From Intoshia linei (taxonomy: Eukaryota; Animalia; Orthonectida), in contig LWCA01000032.1 of NCBI GenBank assembly GCA_001642005.1, positions 1 to 64,000 of the forward strand: a stretch of 64,000 nt of DNA, given 5' to 3'. A program made the position numbers and the translations under genes. Position 1 is the first letter of the stretch. The number at the start of each line of letters is the position of its first letter. Positions 13,421 through 26,200 of the stretch are shown here, piece by piece. A model generated the notes under the pieces. It was not told the DNA's origin. It did not search any database and was given only the letters and a program-made list of their open reading frames with translations.

Positions 13421-14086
13421 ATTCAAAATATTAGTTTAATAATTGTTTCATACATAATACAATAATAATAATAAAAATTTTTTGTGTGGTCCGCGTAATA
13501 ATTTTTTTTACATTTGGCCCACCAAGCAAATCGACACCCCTGATATATACAAATAAAAAAAATTGGATTGCTATATCCATTTTTTAATCTAGCGATTGCC
13601 AAACTTTTTTATCAGCTTTACTTGTCGGTAAAAAAATTTCAACCCGCTTTCCCATATTTCTTAAAATCACCTATTGATTTAGAATAGTAGGTCTCATAAT
13701 AATCGAGAGTATCATGACTAACTTTTATAATAGTTTCCTAATACTCTAACTTACTAATAGTTAAATATTATCAAATATTCTTATCGTTATCAAATTTAAT
13801 AATACATCGTAAATTTCTTGGTTCTCACTTTCACTATAAACATACGTGTATAACTGTAAATCCCTGGATTTTCCATATTTCATGCAAAAATTACGCCTTC
13901 TTAGGTGTATCATTAATCAAAATGGTAAACTGAAATAAAAATTTTTACTATAAACCCCCTTAAATTAACTTGGGCTTAGTTTGAAAACTTAATTAATTTA
14001 TTTAAAAATTAATGATACATTTATTTATATACATATGTAGGTATTTATGGATATAAAATCATACATAGAGGCTATATACAGATAGT

Positions 14087-15948
14087 TTACAGATACAAAT
14101 CAAAGTCAATCCTATCAACGGAATAAAAACTTGATCCAACTTTACGAACTTGAGCAGATTTTTTATTCAACTTTTTTGCAATTTCTTTCATCTCCAGTGT
14201 AGAAACTGGTCCAGAAATTGATTTGTCATTTTTATCCTTTTGATATTCCCACAACACATCTAAATTGTCAAATAAACTATACATTTTATAATTTTGATAT
14301 TAATTATACCTTCAATATCTTCAGTATTGCACTTTGTAGAATCAATTTTTCGCATATAAGAATTTTCCAATGCTTCATATGTCATTTCATAAATATTATT
14401 CACTCCGTCCAAGAGTAAATCAGACACAATTCCAGTGATAGTTTCAAGAATTTTAGTAGACTCGGTTTTTTCTTTCGTTTTTTGACCAGATTTTTTAAGT
14501 TCAAGTTTTTCTTGTTTACTGAGTTTACCATATCGTCGAATTGCAGATGATACACATTCTTTAGGCATTACATATTTCATCAATTGTTCATAAAAGGATA
14601 CTCTATCAACAATGTATTCTTTCTCGTTATCTTTGTTTGCATCTATAACTTTTTGTAGCCTATTTTGATTTGTTTCAACCTTATTCCAATCAATATTATC
14701 CATCCAATTGTCTTCTATTTCCTAAATTATTTATTAATATTATTAAATTAATAGGTGCACTGGTTGAATATTATTTCATATTTACAATACCAAAGAGTAA
14801 CGTGTAAAACAACCATTACATAATTAATAGATTGAAGATGGGACTTGAAAAGTACATTTCCCGTTAAAATTTCAATTTGTTTACATTTCAGCACATTACA
14901 CAATTACAAATGACAAAATTACATTTTGGAAAACAAATTGCAATTTGCAATCGAGTTTAAAATTACAACGCACAACGCTTTATTGATTGTAAAAAACAGT
15001 ATTATACAAAAAAATGATAAGTCTGCGTTAAAAATTATCCAGTCTCACTTTCTTAATGGTTTTTTATAGTTGAGTGCATTATTAATTTTATTGCTCATGC
15101 ATTGTTAAAATTTTAAATCAGATTCATTACTGTCGGGTGATATCAACTAAAATTTAGTAAATAAATATTTTTTGTACATTATAGATGAATGAAATGCACA
15201 TGATCGGTAGTGTTACGAGAATGGATACAATATTTTAAGACATTTTTATCAAAAATGTTTCATCAATATCAACTAAATTAGCCCTTCTTATCGCCGGACC
15301 GTATATTTTTTACCGGTCTCGAAAAATATGTATAAAATTAAATTATATGAAATGTTTCCGAAAAATCGTCCTCAAGGGAGCAATTCGCCATCATTGAAAA
15401 CCAGTATGAAATTTTAATATACGTTACTTGTCCACCAAAATATTTCTACTTTCATCGACATAAGTGAATACTTTGGGAAACGCTCAACTACACAATTTCT
15501 GTTTCTGAAGTATAATAAAACATACATCTTTTTTTACAAAGATAAAAGTTCCATTGGCATCAAAATAACCATCATCGCATTCATCTTTTAAATTAAATGG
15601 AGTAATTTTGATATCATCATATTGTCTGACACCAGTTTCTTCTTGTCCTAGAGAATTTAAAATATAAATTAAAAGTTAAATCAAATTACCTAAATCAGCA
15701 TCCAAATCATATCTTCCAATTTTTTCGTCTTGTTTTAATTTTTCTGATTCTTCTTCATCACTATCAATAGTGTGCTTTTTGTCATTAATATCATTGTCTA
15801 CGCAAAAATCCAAATCATTTAAATTTTTCTTTTTTTTCATAAAATTGTCCATTTGTTGAGTGGTAGGTAGTTGTGTAAATGTATTGTCATCTATGTTGCT
15901 GTTTTCATCTTGTTCATTTTCTCGTTCCTGTAATGTTCTTTTTGACAT
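14087..15948 (-). CDS. CD2BP2: CD2BP2 / U5-52K / Lin1 homolog, 4 exons
   Basis: Exons 15948-15690, 15647-15526, 14721-14310, 14259-14087. Motifs include KHTIDSDEE, GQEE...ITPFNLKDE..DGYFDANG, DNWMDNIDW, WEY...GP and the C-terminal RIDFDLYL. Confidence 0.9.
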
Positions 15949-16269
15949 TTTAGATTGTTTATGTTTATTTCTAATGTTAAATTATTCAAATTATTTTAGA
16001 GTTTAGTTTTAAATTAAGTTTATTTTAATTTTATAGAATTAAATTAAATTAGAGGTCGCATGAGGAGTTTGATGAAATTAATCTTTCTCAATATAAAAAG
16101 GTTGATTTGCAAAAGCTTCCTTTAAAAACATCACAAAAATTTCTCTGCAATAATGACAAAATTTGTGGATGTTTTTTGAGGAAGGACATTTTTTAATTAT
16201 AATTATTATAATAACAAGATGGAAGTTTGTATTTTTAAAAATATCCAGAACAAACCTTAAAAATAAAGT

Positions 16270-17190
16270 ATTTTCTACCAAAATAGCGTTAAATTACCAG
16301 GTAGCCTTTTTATTATATTTAAAAATAAATTCACGTTGAAAATCTAACTTAAAAATCCTACTATTCACTATTATCGTAATAAAGGAGTAGTTCCCAAATT
16401 TGTTTCAGATGGAACCATCACATAACATTACTTTTTACTTTAAGGTGAATTATTCCATCTTAATTTTTTGTTTTGTTAACATTTGCGTAAAGAATTTTAA
16501 AAACAATTGTTATCCCACTTTTTTAATTTATTAGACAGAATGTGTCTATAATACTAAAAATCAAGTAAAAATAGTCATAAATAGCATAAATTCCAGAAAA
16601 AATAAAATCATAAAAACTTAATTTGCCATTTTCAATGTGATATATATTCACTATAATTTAATAAATACTTAAAAATACCAATTTTGTATCAATAATTATC
16701 CAAATCTTTACTTTATAGACATATTTCAATTGAACTTTACCAATATTGCAAAGGATTGTAATATAAAAATAATATTAACAAAGTTGTTTTTTTTTGTATT
16801 TTATTCAAAATGTTTTGAAAATGAAAATTTGAAATTTAAAAATTGCGAAAGAATGAATTATATAGATTTTCACCCATATATCTTCGACGTACAATATACA
16901 TTTTTTTGAAAGGTTTTCATTGTAGGATCAATATTTACATTTTCAATTTTCAATTTGATTTTAATCGAAATATTTAAAAAATATTGGTTGATAATTATAT
17001 TATAATATATTAAAAATTATTTTTCACCGGGAATGCGTAGATTTCTGGGATGGAAATTTTGTATTTATATCAACTGGAATAAGGTCTATCAGAATAATTT
17101 TTTTTTTTNTGTATTTTATTCAAAATGTTTTGAAAATGAAAATTTGAAATTTAAAAATTGCGAAAGAATGAATTATATAGATTTTCATTT
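16270..17190 (-). mobile_element. Fragments of the non-autonomous Helitron family (includes an assembly N at 17109)
   Basis: Shares modules such as CCTACTATTCACTATTATC, GGAACC...CATTACTTTTTACTTTAA and GGAATGCGTAGATTTCTGGG with the full copies. Confidence 0.6.
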
Positions 17191-17198
17191 ATATTTCT

Positions 17199-19304
17199 TG
17201 TAATGAATTGCATATTTAAGATCAAAGATATAAATTTAATATTTAAAGTAAATTATTTTCACGATAATGGATAAAGTCATAGTGACTAACTTTATTCATT
17301 AAACCTATTTTCCCTAATCTTCATCCCATCAAATTTTGAAGGTGGGATCCTTTTGACCTATCTCTAAGTTTTATATATTGATTGCTGTTTGTGAAAGCGA
17401 ATGTAAATTGGAGAAAAATTTTTATCAAAGATTTTTGTACTTTCTTATCAAAATTATGTTTAACCCGTTCATTATGGATACATTTGGTTTTTTTATTTGT
17501 TGCTCCATGTGAACTCTTGTTATTACTATTTTTGAACACATATCGTATTTATCCTAACACAATGGAGGATGGTAAAACTCCAATTTTTGCAAACTCGGTG
17601 GATCGCAATCCCATTAAAACATATGGGAGTTGTTCATCCCAATTATCTTCATTTGCTACAATTTTTAATTTTTCCCGAATTGTTCTATTGCACCGTTCTA
17701 CCAATCCATTTTGCCGGTGTATATATGGTTCAGAATGAGTTTTAGATATTTTACACAAACGGGACACTACCTCACCCTCAAATTGCTTAGCAGCGTCAAA
17801 ATGCATTTTTTCTGAAGGGCCATAACGAGTTATAATACTCTTTATTAAACAATCTGCAATCGTTTGTGCATTAATGTTGGCAATAGCTTTAGCTTCCACC
17901 CAACCAGAGAAGTGATCACACATTACTAAAATGTATCTATTTAATTGTGCTGTCTCCGTTAATGGACCCAACAGATCTATTTGCCATAATTGATTAAAAC
18001 GAGTGGACTCAACCTGTTTTAACTTATTAAAAAGTGTGTGGTTTCTGTGTTTGTTCTCGTTACATTTTATACATTTCAACACATATTCTTTAAAATCGCG
18101 ATAAATATGTGACCAAAAATATTTCTTTCTAATATTTCGAAAGGTTTTAGTTATTCCTGGGTGGCAAAACATTAATGAGTCATAATAATATTAAATAATG
18201 TCTGTGATGTGACAATTCGGCACAATTAATAATAACCCTTAATAATAATAGCCCTTATCATTATAATAAATTACATTTTCCTTTGTTATAATATTAGGTT
18301 TTATATAATTGTATTGTTTCGAAATCTCGTAACTTTTATTACATTGAATATATTTATTTGCTAAACTTTTGTATTTTATCAAACCAACAGATGCCACCGC
18401 ATCACGCGATAAAAGATCGGCTGTATAGTTTAATACTCCAGGTCGATATATTATGTCATAATTATAAATAATAAAATTCGTCTAACTTCAACATCCATCT
18501 AATCAATTCCATTGGTAAATTCTTTGACCGACGCATTTCAACAATTGGATTATGATCAGTAATTATTTTGCAATATCGTCCTAAAATATATCTCCTGAAA
18601 TGATTAGCTGCTTTACATACGGCAAACAATTCTTTTTTTGTGGTACTATAATTTTTTTCAGTGTCACTAAGTTTTTTACTGAAATATTCTACGACTTTGA
18701 CACCCTGTAATAATACTGCACCAATACATACGTTTGAGGCATCACACTCCAAAAAAATCCTTATTTATTACTGGCAACTTTAAGACGGAAGCTTTTTTCA
18801 ATTATTTTTTAAGGAATTGAACGACTGTTGCTGTTCATCGCCTCACTTGAATTTTATGCCTTTTTTTAACAACCTAGTTATTGGTTCAGTTAGTTCGGAG
18901 AAGTGTTTTATAAATGTAATCTAAATGTAAAATTCAACATCGCACATGCTGCCACAATCAAGAACAATTTTCCCGTAGCATTTTAATTCTTGACCGTCAG
19001 CTCCTTTCAATGCTATATTAGTTTCAGTAATATCGGCATTACTAAATATTCTTTTTACTATATTAATATTAATGCAGTTTATCTAAGATCCGGTATCATA
19101 GATAAATGAACATGTCTTATTTACGGTCTCTTTTATAGAACGAATTTTTCCTATAACAATTCCTTCTATTCTGGACATTAGAAAAAATTTTTGAAAATAA
19201 TTTGTAATGAATTAGATATCTAAGATCAAAGATATAAATTTAATATTTAAAGTAAATTATTTTCACGATAATGGATAAGGTCATAGTGACTAACTTTATT
19301 CATT
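17199..19304 (-). mobile_element. Internally deleted Ty3/gypsy LTR retrotransposon 1 with ~105-bp LTRs
   Basis: Direct repeats at 17199-17303 and 19203-19304 (TGTAATGAAT...ATTCATT, 4 mismatches). A purine tract AGGGAAAATAGG precedes the 3' LTR. It contains a protease DTGS followed by a stop (~19083-19097), RNase H (ECDASNVCIGAVL) and integrase (HPG...C-x2-C, IDLLGP, DHFSGW, NGLVER). gag and most of RT are missing. Confidence 0.85.
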
Positions 19305-21445
19305 GTAACGTGTGAGACGAAATATAGTTATCGATCGAGATATCTGCTGTTAATAAAACCTAAGAGACAAGAAAGAGCAATATTTTATTTAAGTAGAAAT
19401 ATATTTATAAGTCTTGATAGTGTGTGATAATAGATTTGTCTTGTAACTATTCTAATCTAAGTTAGTTTTAAATTAATATTAAATGATAGTAGAATATGTT
19501 ACGGGTCCCCCCTGGGCGGTACCGGTGAGGTATTTTAAGTTTTTCTCTTGGTCGAAAACGAAGCATATTTTTGTTTGAGATAGGGTTATTGCTTTCATTT
19601 TGTGTATAATAACTGGGTTTTTTGATAGATTTTTTGTCATAATAAAATTTTATTCTCTGATTATGTTTTGTTTGATTATGTTTTGCTTTTTTGTTAGTAT
19701 AATATCGGTTCAAATATGAATTTAGATCATATATCGGTAGTGACAGTTCTTTATAAAATACCATTAGCGCTGGTGAATATTTATGTTTTTCAGTAGGTGT
19801 GTTTACAATGGACATAAGTATCATTGGCAGCATTTTGTCCCAAATGTCTACATCTGTGTTGTAATTTGTTCTGATTTTGTCTCACAAAACACGATTTAAT
19901 CTTTCTATTTTCCCCACTGAATTGTGCCGATAAGGTGTAATATTTGTTTTTATAAATCCAGTGATTAAGGATAAATTCTTTATAATGTTCGATTCGTTTT
20001 GTGATCCGCAGTCAGTATGAATCTGTTTAGGTACACCATATCTGGATATTATGTTTTTTATAATAGCTTGAGCAGCTGAATCTGGTGTAACTTCATTTAA
20101 CGCTATGGCTTCAGGCCATCCAGTATAGTGATCGATAATACTTAGTATGTATCGATTATCTCCCTGCGTTTGTGGCAATGGACCTAGTACGTCCATTTCC
20201 CATAGTTCATTGAATTTATTAGTCTCAATTTGTCTAAGGGGACGGATATTACTTCTCCTTCACCCTTTTCCGGTATTACATTTATGGCATTGTTGCACCC
20301 ATTCACTTATTTCTTTCGTCATACTGTTCCAAAAATACTCAGCTTGTATTAATTTAATGGTTTTGTTTATTCCTGGGTGGCAAAATGCCTTTGGATCATG
20401 GAAAAATTTAACCATATGGACCTTTTTATTGGCTGGAACTAGAACTCGTTTTCCTGATGCCGTTTGTACGCATATTAAATTGTCTTTCCTGGTAAATACT
20501 TGTACTTGGTGATCGGATTCGATTTTGGTATTAATTTATTTATGATTAGGTTTATTATTATTTCCTTACAGTCATTATCTTGACTTTGAGCTAATTTCAA
20601 ATCAAATGGATCTGTGTCATCAAGATTTATTCTGTTCACATTCTGATTTCGCTGATCAATGGGATTTATTGATAGAAGATCCGCTGTGATATTATCTCGA
20701 CCTTTCCTAGACTTGATTGTGAAATCAAAATCTTGTAAGCGTTGAAGATAACGGAAATGTCTGCTGGTCCCACTTTTGAGAGATTTCAAATTTACTATCA
20801 GTTTATGATCAGTTATAATTTCAAAATGTCGACCTTGTAGGTATGGTCTAAACTTGTTAGTTGCCCAGTCTACAGCAAGAAATTCTTTATCGAATGTGCT
20901 GTAGTTGATTTAGGGTGGCTGTAATTTTTTATTGTCATATTGTATCACTTTATTGTCTTGTAATAGAATAGCCCCCATTCCGTAATCACTTGCATCTGTC
21001 TCTAAACTGAAAGTTTTATTTTTGTCTGGCAATGCGAGAAGAGGAGCAGTGGTAAGTTTTGTTTTCAAATTTTGGAAGGCGTTTTCGCAATCGTCGGACC
21101 ATTTGAATTTACATCCTTTTTTAAGTAGATTTCGTAACGGAATTGTTGTGTCAGTTAAGTTTTGTATAAATGTTGGTGGTATAAACACACACCAAGGAAT
21201 TTTTGTATTTTTTTGATTGTGTTGGGTGATGGTATTTCCAAAATAGCCTTGATTTTATCTGGATCACACTGTATTCCATTTTTATTCACTATTTTTCCAA
21301 GGAATTTCACTCAATTTATTGCAATTTTACTATTTGTGGGACTTATCGTTAGACTGTGATTTTTCATGCGTTCTAATACCTTATCCAGTAATTGGTAATG
21401 TTTTTCATGAGTTTTTGAATCTATGATGATATCATCAACTACTTT
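19304..21445 (-). mobile_element. 5'-truncated, degenerate Ty3/gypsy element 2 with a ~200-bp 3' LTR
   Basis: RT C-terminal part starts at VDDIII (~21440), followed by RNase H (LETDASDYGMGAILLQ) and integrase (MDVLGP, IDHYTGW, HTDCG, IERLNR), with many stops and frameshifts. PPT AGGGGGGA at 19506-19513 sits just before an LTR-like block 19304-19503 (TGTAACG...TGTTACG). Confidence 0.85.
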
Positions 21446-22262
21446 ATGTAAGTTAAAAATTCTTACTTACCATGGATAAATGAACAGTGTTCATTGAACA
21501 CTCAATATTTGCGATATTTACTGTTCATCTCAGACAGACATGTATCCCACTCATATAATTGTATTGTAAATAAAATCCTTGAAAGTGATAACCTAAATAT
21601 GAACATGAAGCCTCCATAGATACATACGCATCGCAACATTAAAATAAATTGAACAAAAACATACATTTTTGTTTTTAAGCGTAACAAATAATACGTTCTT
21701 GTTAGTTTTTATGTTGATAATGTGCGTAATAAATATAGATGAATATATACGCTTATTCAAAATTACTTAAAACTATATTGCATGTTATATAAAAACTATA
21801 CACGTTTACGTTCGTATATGTATTTATCCAAATTACGTCTACTTTAAATTTTATGTGGTTGTATATGGAATTTATTATAAATAATTTTATTTTAAAATCG
21901 TTTAAACATTTGAAAGGCTAAACGTTATTCAATATACTGAAATTCAGAGGTAATTTTTTAAATAATGAAGAATATTTATTAATCGAAAAATAACAGTAAT
22001 ATACTATAAAATTAATTGTTCAGGTATGTTGTTAAAAGAAGAGAACCACTGCAGTGCACTTATGTATATCGAATAATGAGAATTTGTACATAGTGTATCT
22101 CATTTTACTGTAGGGTTGTTTTAAGTCTGTAGTTGCAAAATTTTGAGTAGTTATAAAAAAATGCTAGCAGATAATTTTATATTATATTTAACCAAACAAT
22201 TTATTTGGAAGTTAAAATTTAATTTGTAAACAAATGAATTCTGTTCACATATCAGTCAATTA

Positions 22263-22788
22263 CAGTCTAAGTCCTTATGAACGGAATTGAAAATTCCGTT
22301 ATTCCGTTAATATGGAAGTTCCTCCATAGTAACACACTTGTTAATGGAATTTAATTTTTTACATAAAAACTATTAAATGGTCATATTTCTTGTTATTATG
22401 AGTTTTTGAATAATACATGACTAAGTAATATATAAAAAACATTATCAACGGGTCCATACGGATTCCTGGGGTTCACATCAGTTTTTTGGAGGTCCGTGAA
22501 TAAAATTTTATTAATTTTAAATTATTTACAGAAATAAAATAAAGCGTAAAATAATATAATGACATTTCCGCAATGATAGTCATTATTTTTAAATACATCA
22601 TCTAATTTAATATCTATTAAAAATTTGATAAAAATTGTAATAAATTGATTCTTGAGCTTTAGAGATAAAAAATTTTATTAACGCAATTTTTTGTTTGTGC
22701 AAATTCGTTAATAAAAAATAAATAATTCAAAATTCCGTTTAAATGGAATTTCCGCTAACAAAAATTCCGTTAATAAGGACTTTTACTG
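22263..22788. mobile_element. pogo/Tigger-like MITE with a nested insertion
   Basis: CAGTCTAAGTCCTTATGAACGGAATT is inverted against AATTCCGTTAATAAGGACTTTTACTG. Confidence 0.6.
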
Positions 22789-23275
22789 CATAATAATTAA
22801 AGACAAATAGAGATTATACGATAATATTTTAGAAAAAAATTATATCCCAAATGTAACTGTGGAAACGGTTATATTAAGGAAATTTTTTTTCAACATGGTG
22901 TTTAGTTGTAAAAATTTCTTATAATAACGCCTGATTTACTAATTTGAATTTAGACGACATTAACAGTATAGTCGATATATTTTAGTTTTTCCGCAATGTT
23001 GAGTGCATTAATTGTAAATAAAATATATAACGGTTTGTATTGTTAATTTTTAGACTTATGAAACTTTTGTAACGTTTTATTTTGTTTCTAAATTGAAGAT
23101 AACGTTTTTAAAACAAATATATAGCTATAAAATTTTAAAATTAAGTCAACTCTAATTTACTCAGATTGGTTTTATCGTGCTCTGTTAAATATTGGTATGT
23201 GAGCTAATTTTGGTAAAAACAATAATAATTTTGTATAGTAAATAAAATAAAAAAAATAGAGAATAATTTATCAAA

Positions 23276-26200
23276 ATGAATTTTAAAGTGGTCGATGGTA
23301 TAATGGAGTATAATTTAACAATTGATACAAAGCAGGATATTGTAACTTCAACAATGCCACTCATTAAGGATATTAAACCAAATTGGAATAATCTGGATTA
23401 TAAGGTATTTTGTGGTGATTTTATATTTTCATCTAAAGTTTTGTATATACATTATATTGTACATGTTATGTATATATGTATGTATATATATATTTTGTAC
23501 TTTCTCAATGCTGAATAAAGTTGCACAGAAAGCAGTTGTATTTACTAAAATATTTGTTTTTACTGTATGATGAAATATTTTACTAAAATGTATATTTTTT
23601 GAGGTGAATTTTGAAATGGGATCCGTACACAATTTGAATCTGGAACCACTGTTTTAGAGTATTTATTTTATTTATAGATACCAACAGACGGAATAACGAA
23701 TAAATTAATCGTTTGGTATGAAAAAGTTGATGAAAAGAGTGAAAACGCCGTTATAATAAAGATATATGGTGAAAAAAGTGACAGAATAATTAACCGTAAA
23801 ATGGAAATTAATTACAAAAAGTATATACATGCGAAAAAGTTTGATAAATATTCAAAAATTTTTGCAATATTTACTAATGGATATGCATATGAATACTGCC
23901 CAGGAGAATGTGTTTCATTGGCAGAATCCAAATCACCTGAAATTAACGAGTTTATTTTATATTTAATTCTTTAGTAGCGTAATAGGTTTAGTACAGTTGA
24001 ACCCCTTTAAGGCAAACCTAGTTAATTCAAAATTATCACGATTTAAAATTTTTATACAGTTTATACAGTGACTAGTTTATTGCAAAATGTTTAAATTAAA
24101 CTGTATAAAAATATTAATATAAATATATAATTTATACAAATAATTTAATTGACTTTAATTTAAGTCATATTTTTGATACATTTTGTTATACGATACCACT
24201 TAAAAATGCAAATTTACAAAAATTTATCATTTTGACTTAAAAAGGTAGCACGGTATAACTCAAAAATAAAATTATAGGAACTTATTCGTTACTAGATATT
24301 GAGTAATAGAAGTAACTTCAATAGTATATTAATATAAGCTTATATATCATACATGATATAATTAAGAAAATGCATTAATACAATTTATTCAGCTAAAGAA
24401 TTTTATTGTAACCTATATGACCATTAGGGTGTCACACGTTTCTAAAAATCAAGATAATTAGTTCTGAATCTGTAAATGTATGTAATGTTAAGAATAGTTC
24501 ACTATAAAAATATATAAAAAATAATTTGACGTAGGCCCTGCATCGTAGGGTGATCATTTTAAATTTATATAATCCTTACTTATATAATATGATATGCAAT
24601 ATTTTTTTATGTGTATGTGTTACCGTTTATTTCCACAACTATCAGTATTAGAATTTTATAAAATCCAAATTTCAATTAAAATTTTTCCGGGGGTGTTAGC
24701 AAAATAAACCTCCAAATAAATTTCAACCTCCTAAACTCACATCTTACGTACTAAAAAGCCCAATTGTCCTTTTTTTTGAAAATCAAACGAGTTGGAAAAT
24801 TTAAAAAAATACTCTGATACTGATTTTAAAATCATAAATATTATCATAAATTTAAATTTGAAAATAATATAAATTGAAATATAATATAAAATGAAAACAG
24901 CTCTAATTAAAAAAAATTTACAGGTGGACCAGTTGTATCCTGTTAACACACAAAAAATTCCAATCTGAATAAGTGACGCCTTCACAGTCAAAAAAGCATT
25001 TTAGTATTCATATATTTTTTTTCCGAAATATTTTATTACTATTGTTACTATTACGATAACAATTGTTTTTAAAATTCTTTACGCAAATCTTTACAAAAAA
25101 ATTAAGATGGAATAATTCACTTTAAAGTAAAAAGTAGTGTGATATGACGGTTCCACCTGAAACAAGTTTGGGAACCACTCCTTTAAAGATTGATAAGAGT
25201 GAATAGTAGGATTTTTAAGTTAAGATATTCAACGTGAATTTATTTTTTTGGGTAGAATAAAAATGTGTCTTCGACAGAGCTAGGTGCTGTTTGTACGTGG
25301 TACATAACATTCAACCTAGTTTAACATATATAATATAAAACGGACTTCAACTTAATAAATTCATAACCAACATAAACTTTCATGATAATTTCTTGATAAT
25401 ATTTTTAATGAAATATTTCAAGTGATAAACGCGACTAGAATAGATAGCGTTAAATCTTTTTGATTGCAAAATAGTCTTTATATTTTAAATACACACATTA
25501 GTGCTAATTTCTCATCAAATGCTCAAAATTTCCAAAAATGTGACACCCAAATCAGGGGCGGATCCAAGAGGCTAGTTAATGGGATGCGAGCGAAGCGAGT
25601 AATATATTTAACTTAACCGAAGTCGAAAAATTTTTTAGGGGCGTCTCTTTTAATATCAAGGCGTCTAGTTTGATTTTAAAGCGTCTTTTTAATTTCATTT
25701 AAAGGTTGTTATACAATAGTTTTTAAATTTCTATTTTTTCACAAAAATAAAAAAACTGATCAGCACAAAAAAAAAAAAAATTAATTTTGTTCATTAAATA
25801 ATCCTAAATCAATTAGGTTCAGTCTTTTTGAATGAAGTATTGCAAATTAATTAACCAAACTTTCAATATCAAAATTATAGTCATAGTGGCAATTTATGAG
25901 GGCCAGTTCACATAACAAAAGGTCTCAAGTCACATGATCAATTGTTCATGTAATGACATGTAATGTTATGCGCCATCTATATTGTTTTAATAAATTAAAA
26001 TCTTTTTCAGTTATTTTACAAAACATTAATTAAAATTTTTTTTAAAAAATTTAGGGGGTGCAACTGCACCTTCTTCACCTTTTGAATCCGCCTTGCAAAT
26101 GACTTCAATGAAGTCACCGCATATATACTTCACCCATATATAAAATATATTATTATTCGTTTAAAATTTTTCATGGCTCCCTTATGGACCTCAATAATCT

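Noticed and set aside
16790-17187. Exact ~80-bp duplication (16790-16871 and 17105-17187)
   Set aside because: The second copy starts at an N (17109) after a poly-T run, so it is most likely a contig-join artefact.
17321-21359. Integrase, RNase H and RT ORFs as a functional or domesticated gene; plus-strand ORFs in the same region
   Set aside because: The pol sequences have many stops, frameshifts and deletions in an LTR context. The plus-strand ORFs are antisense shadows.
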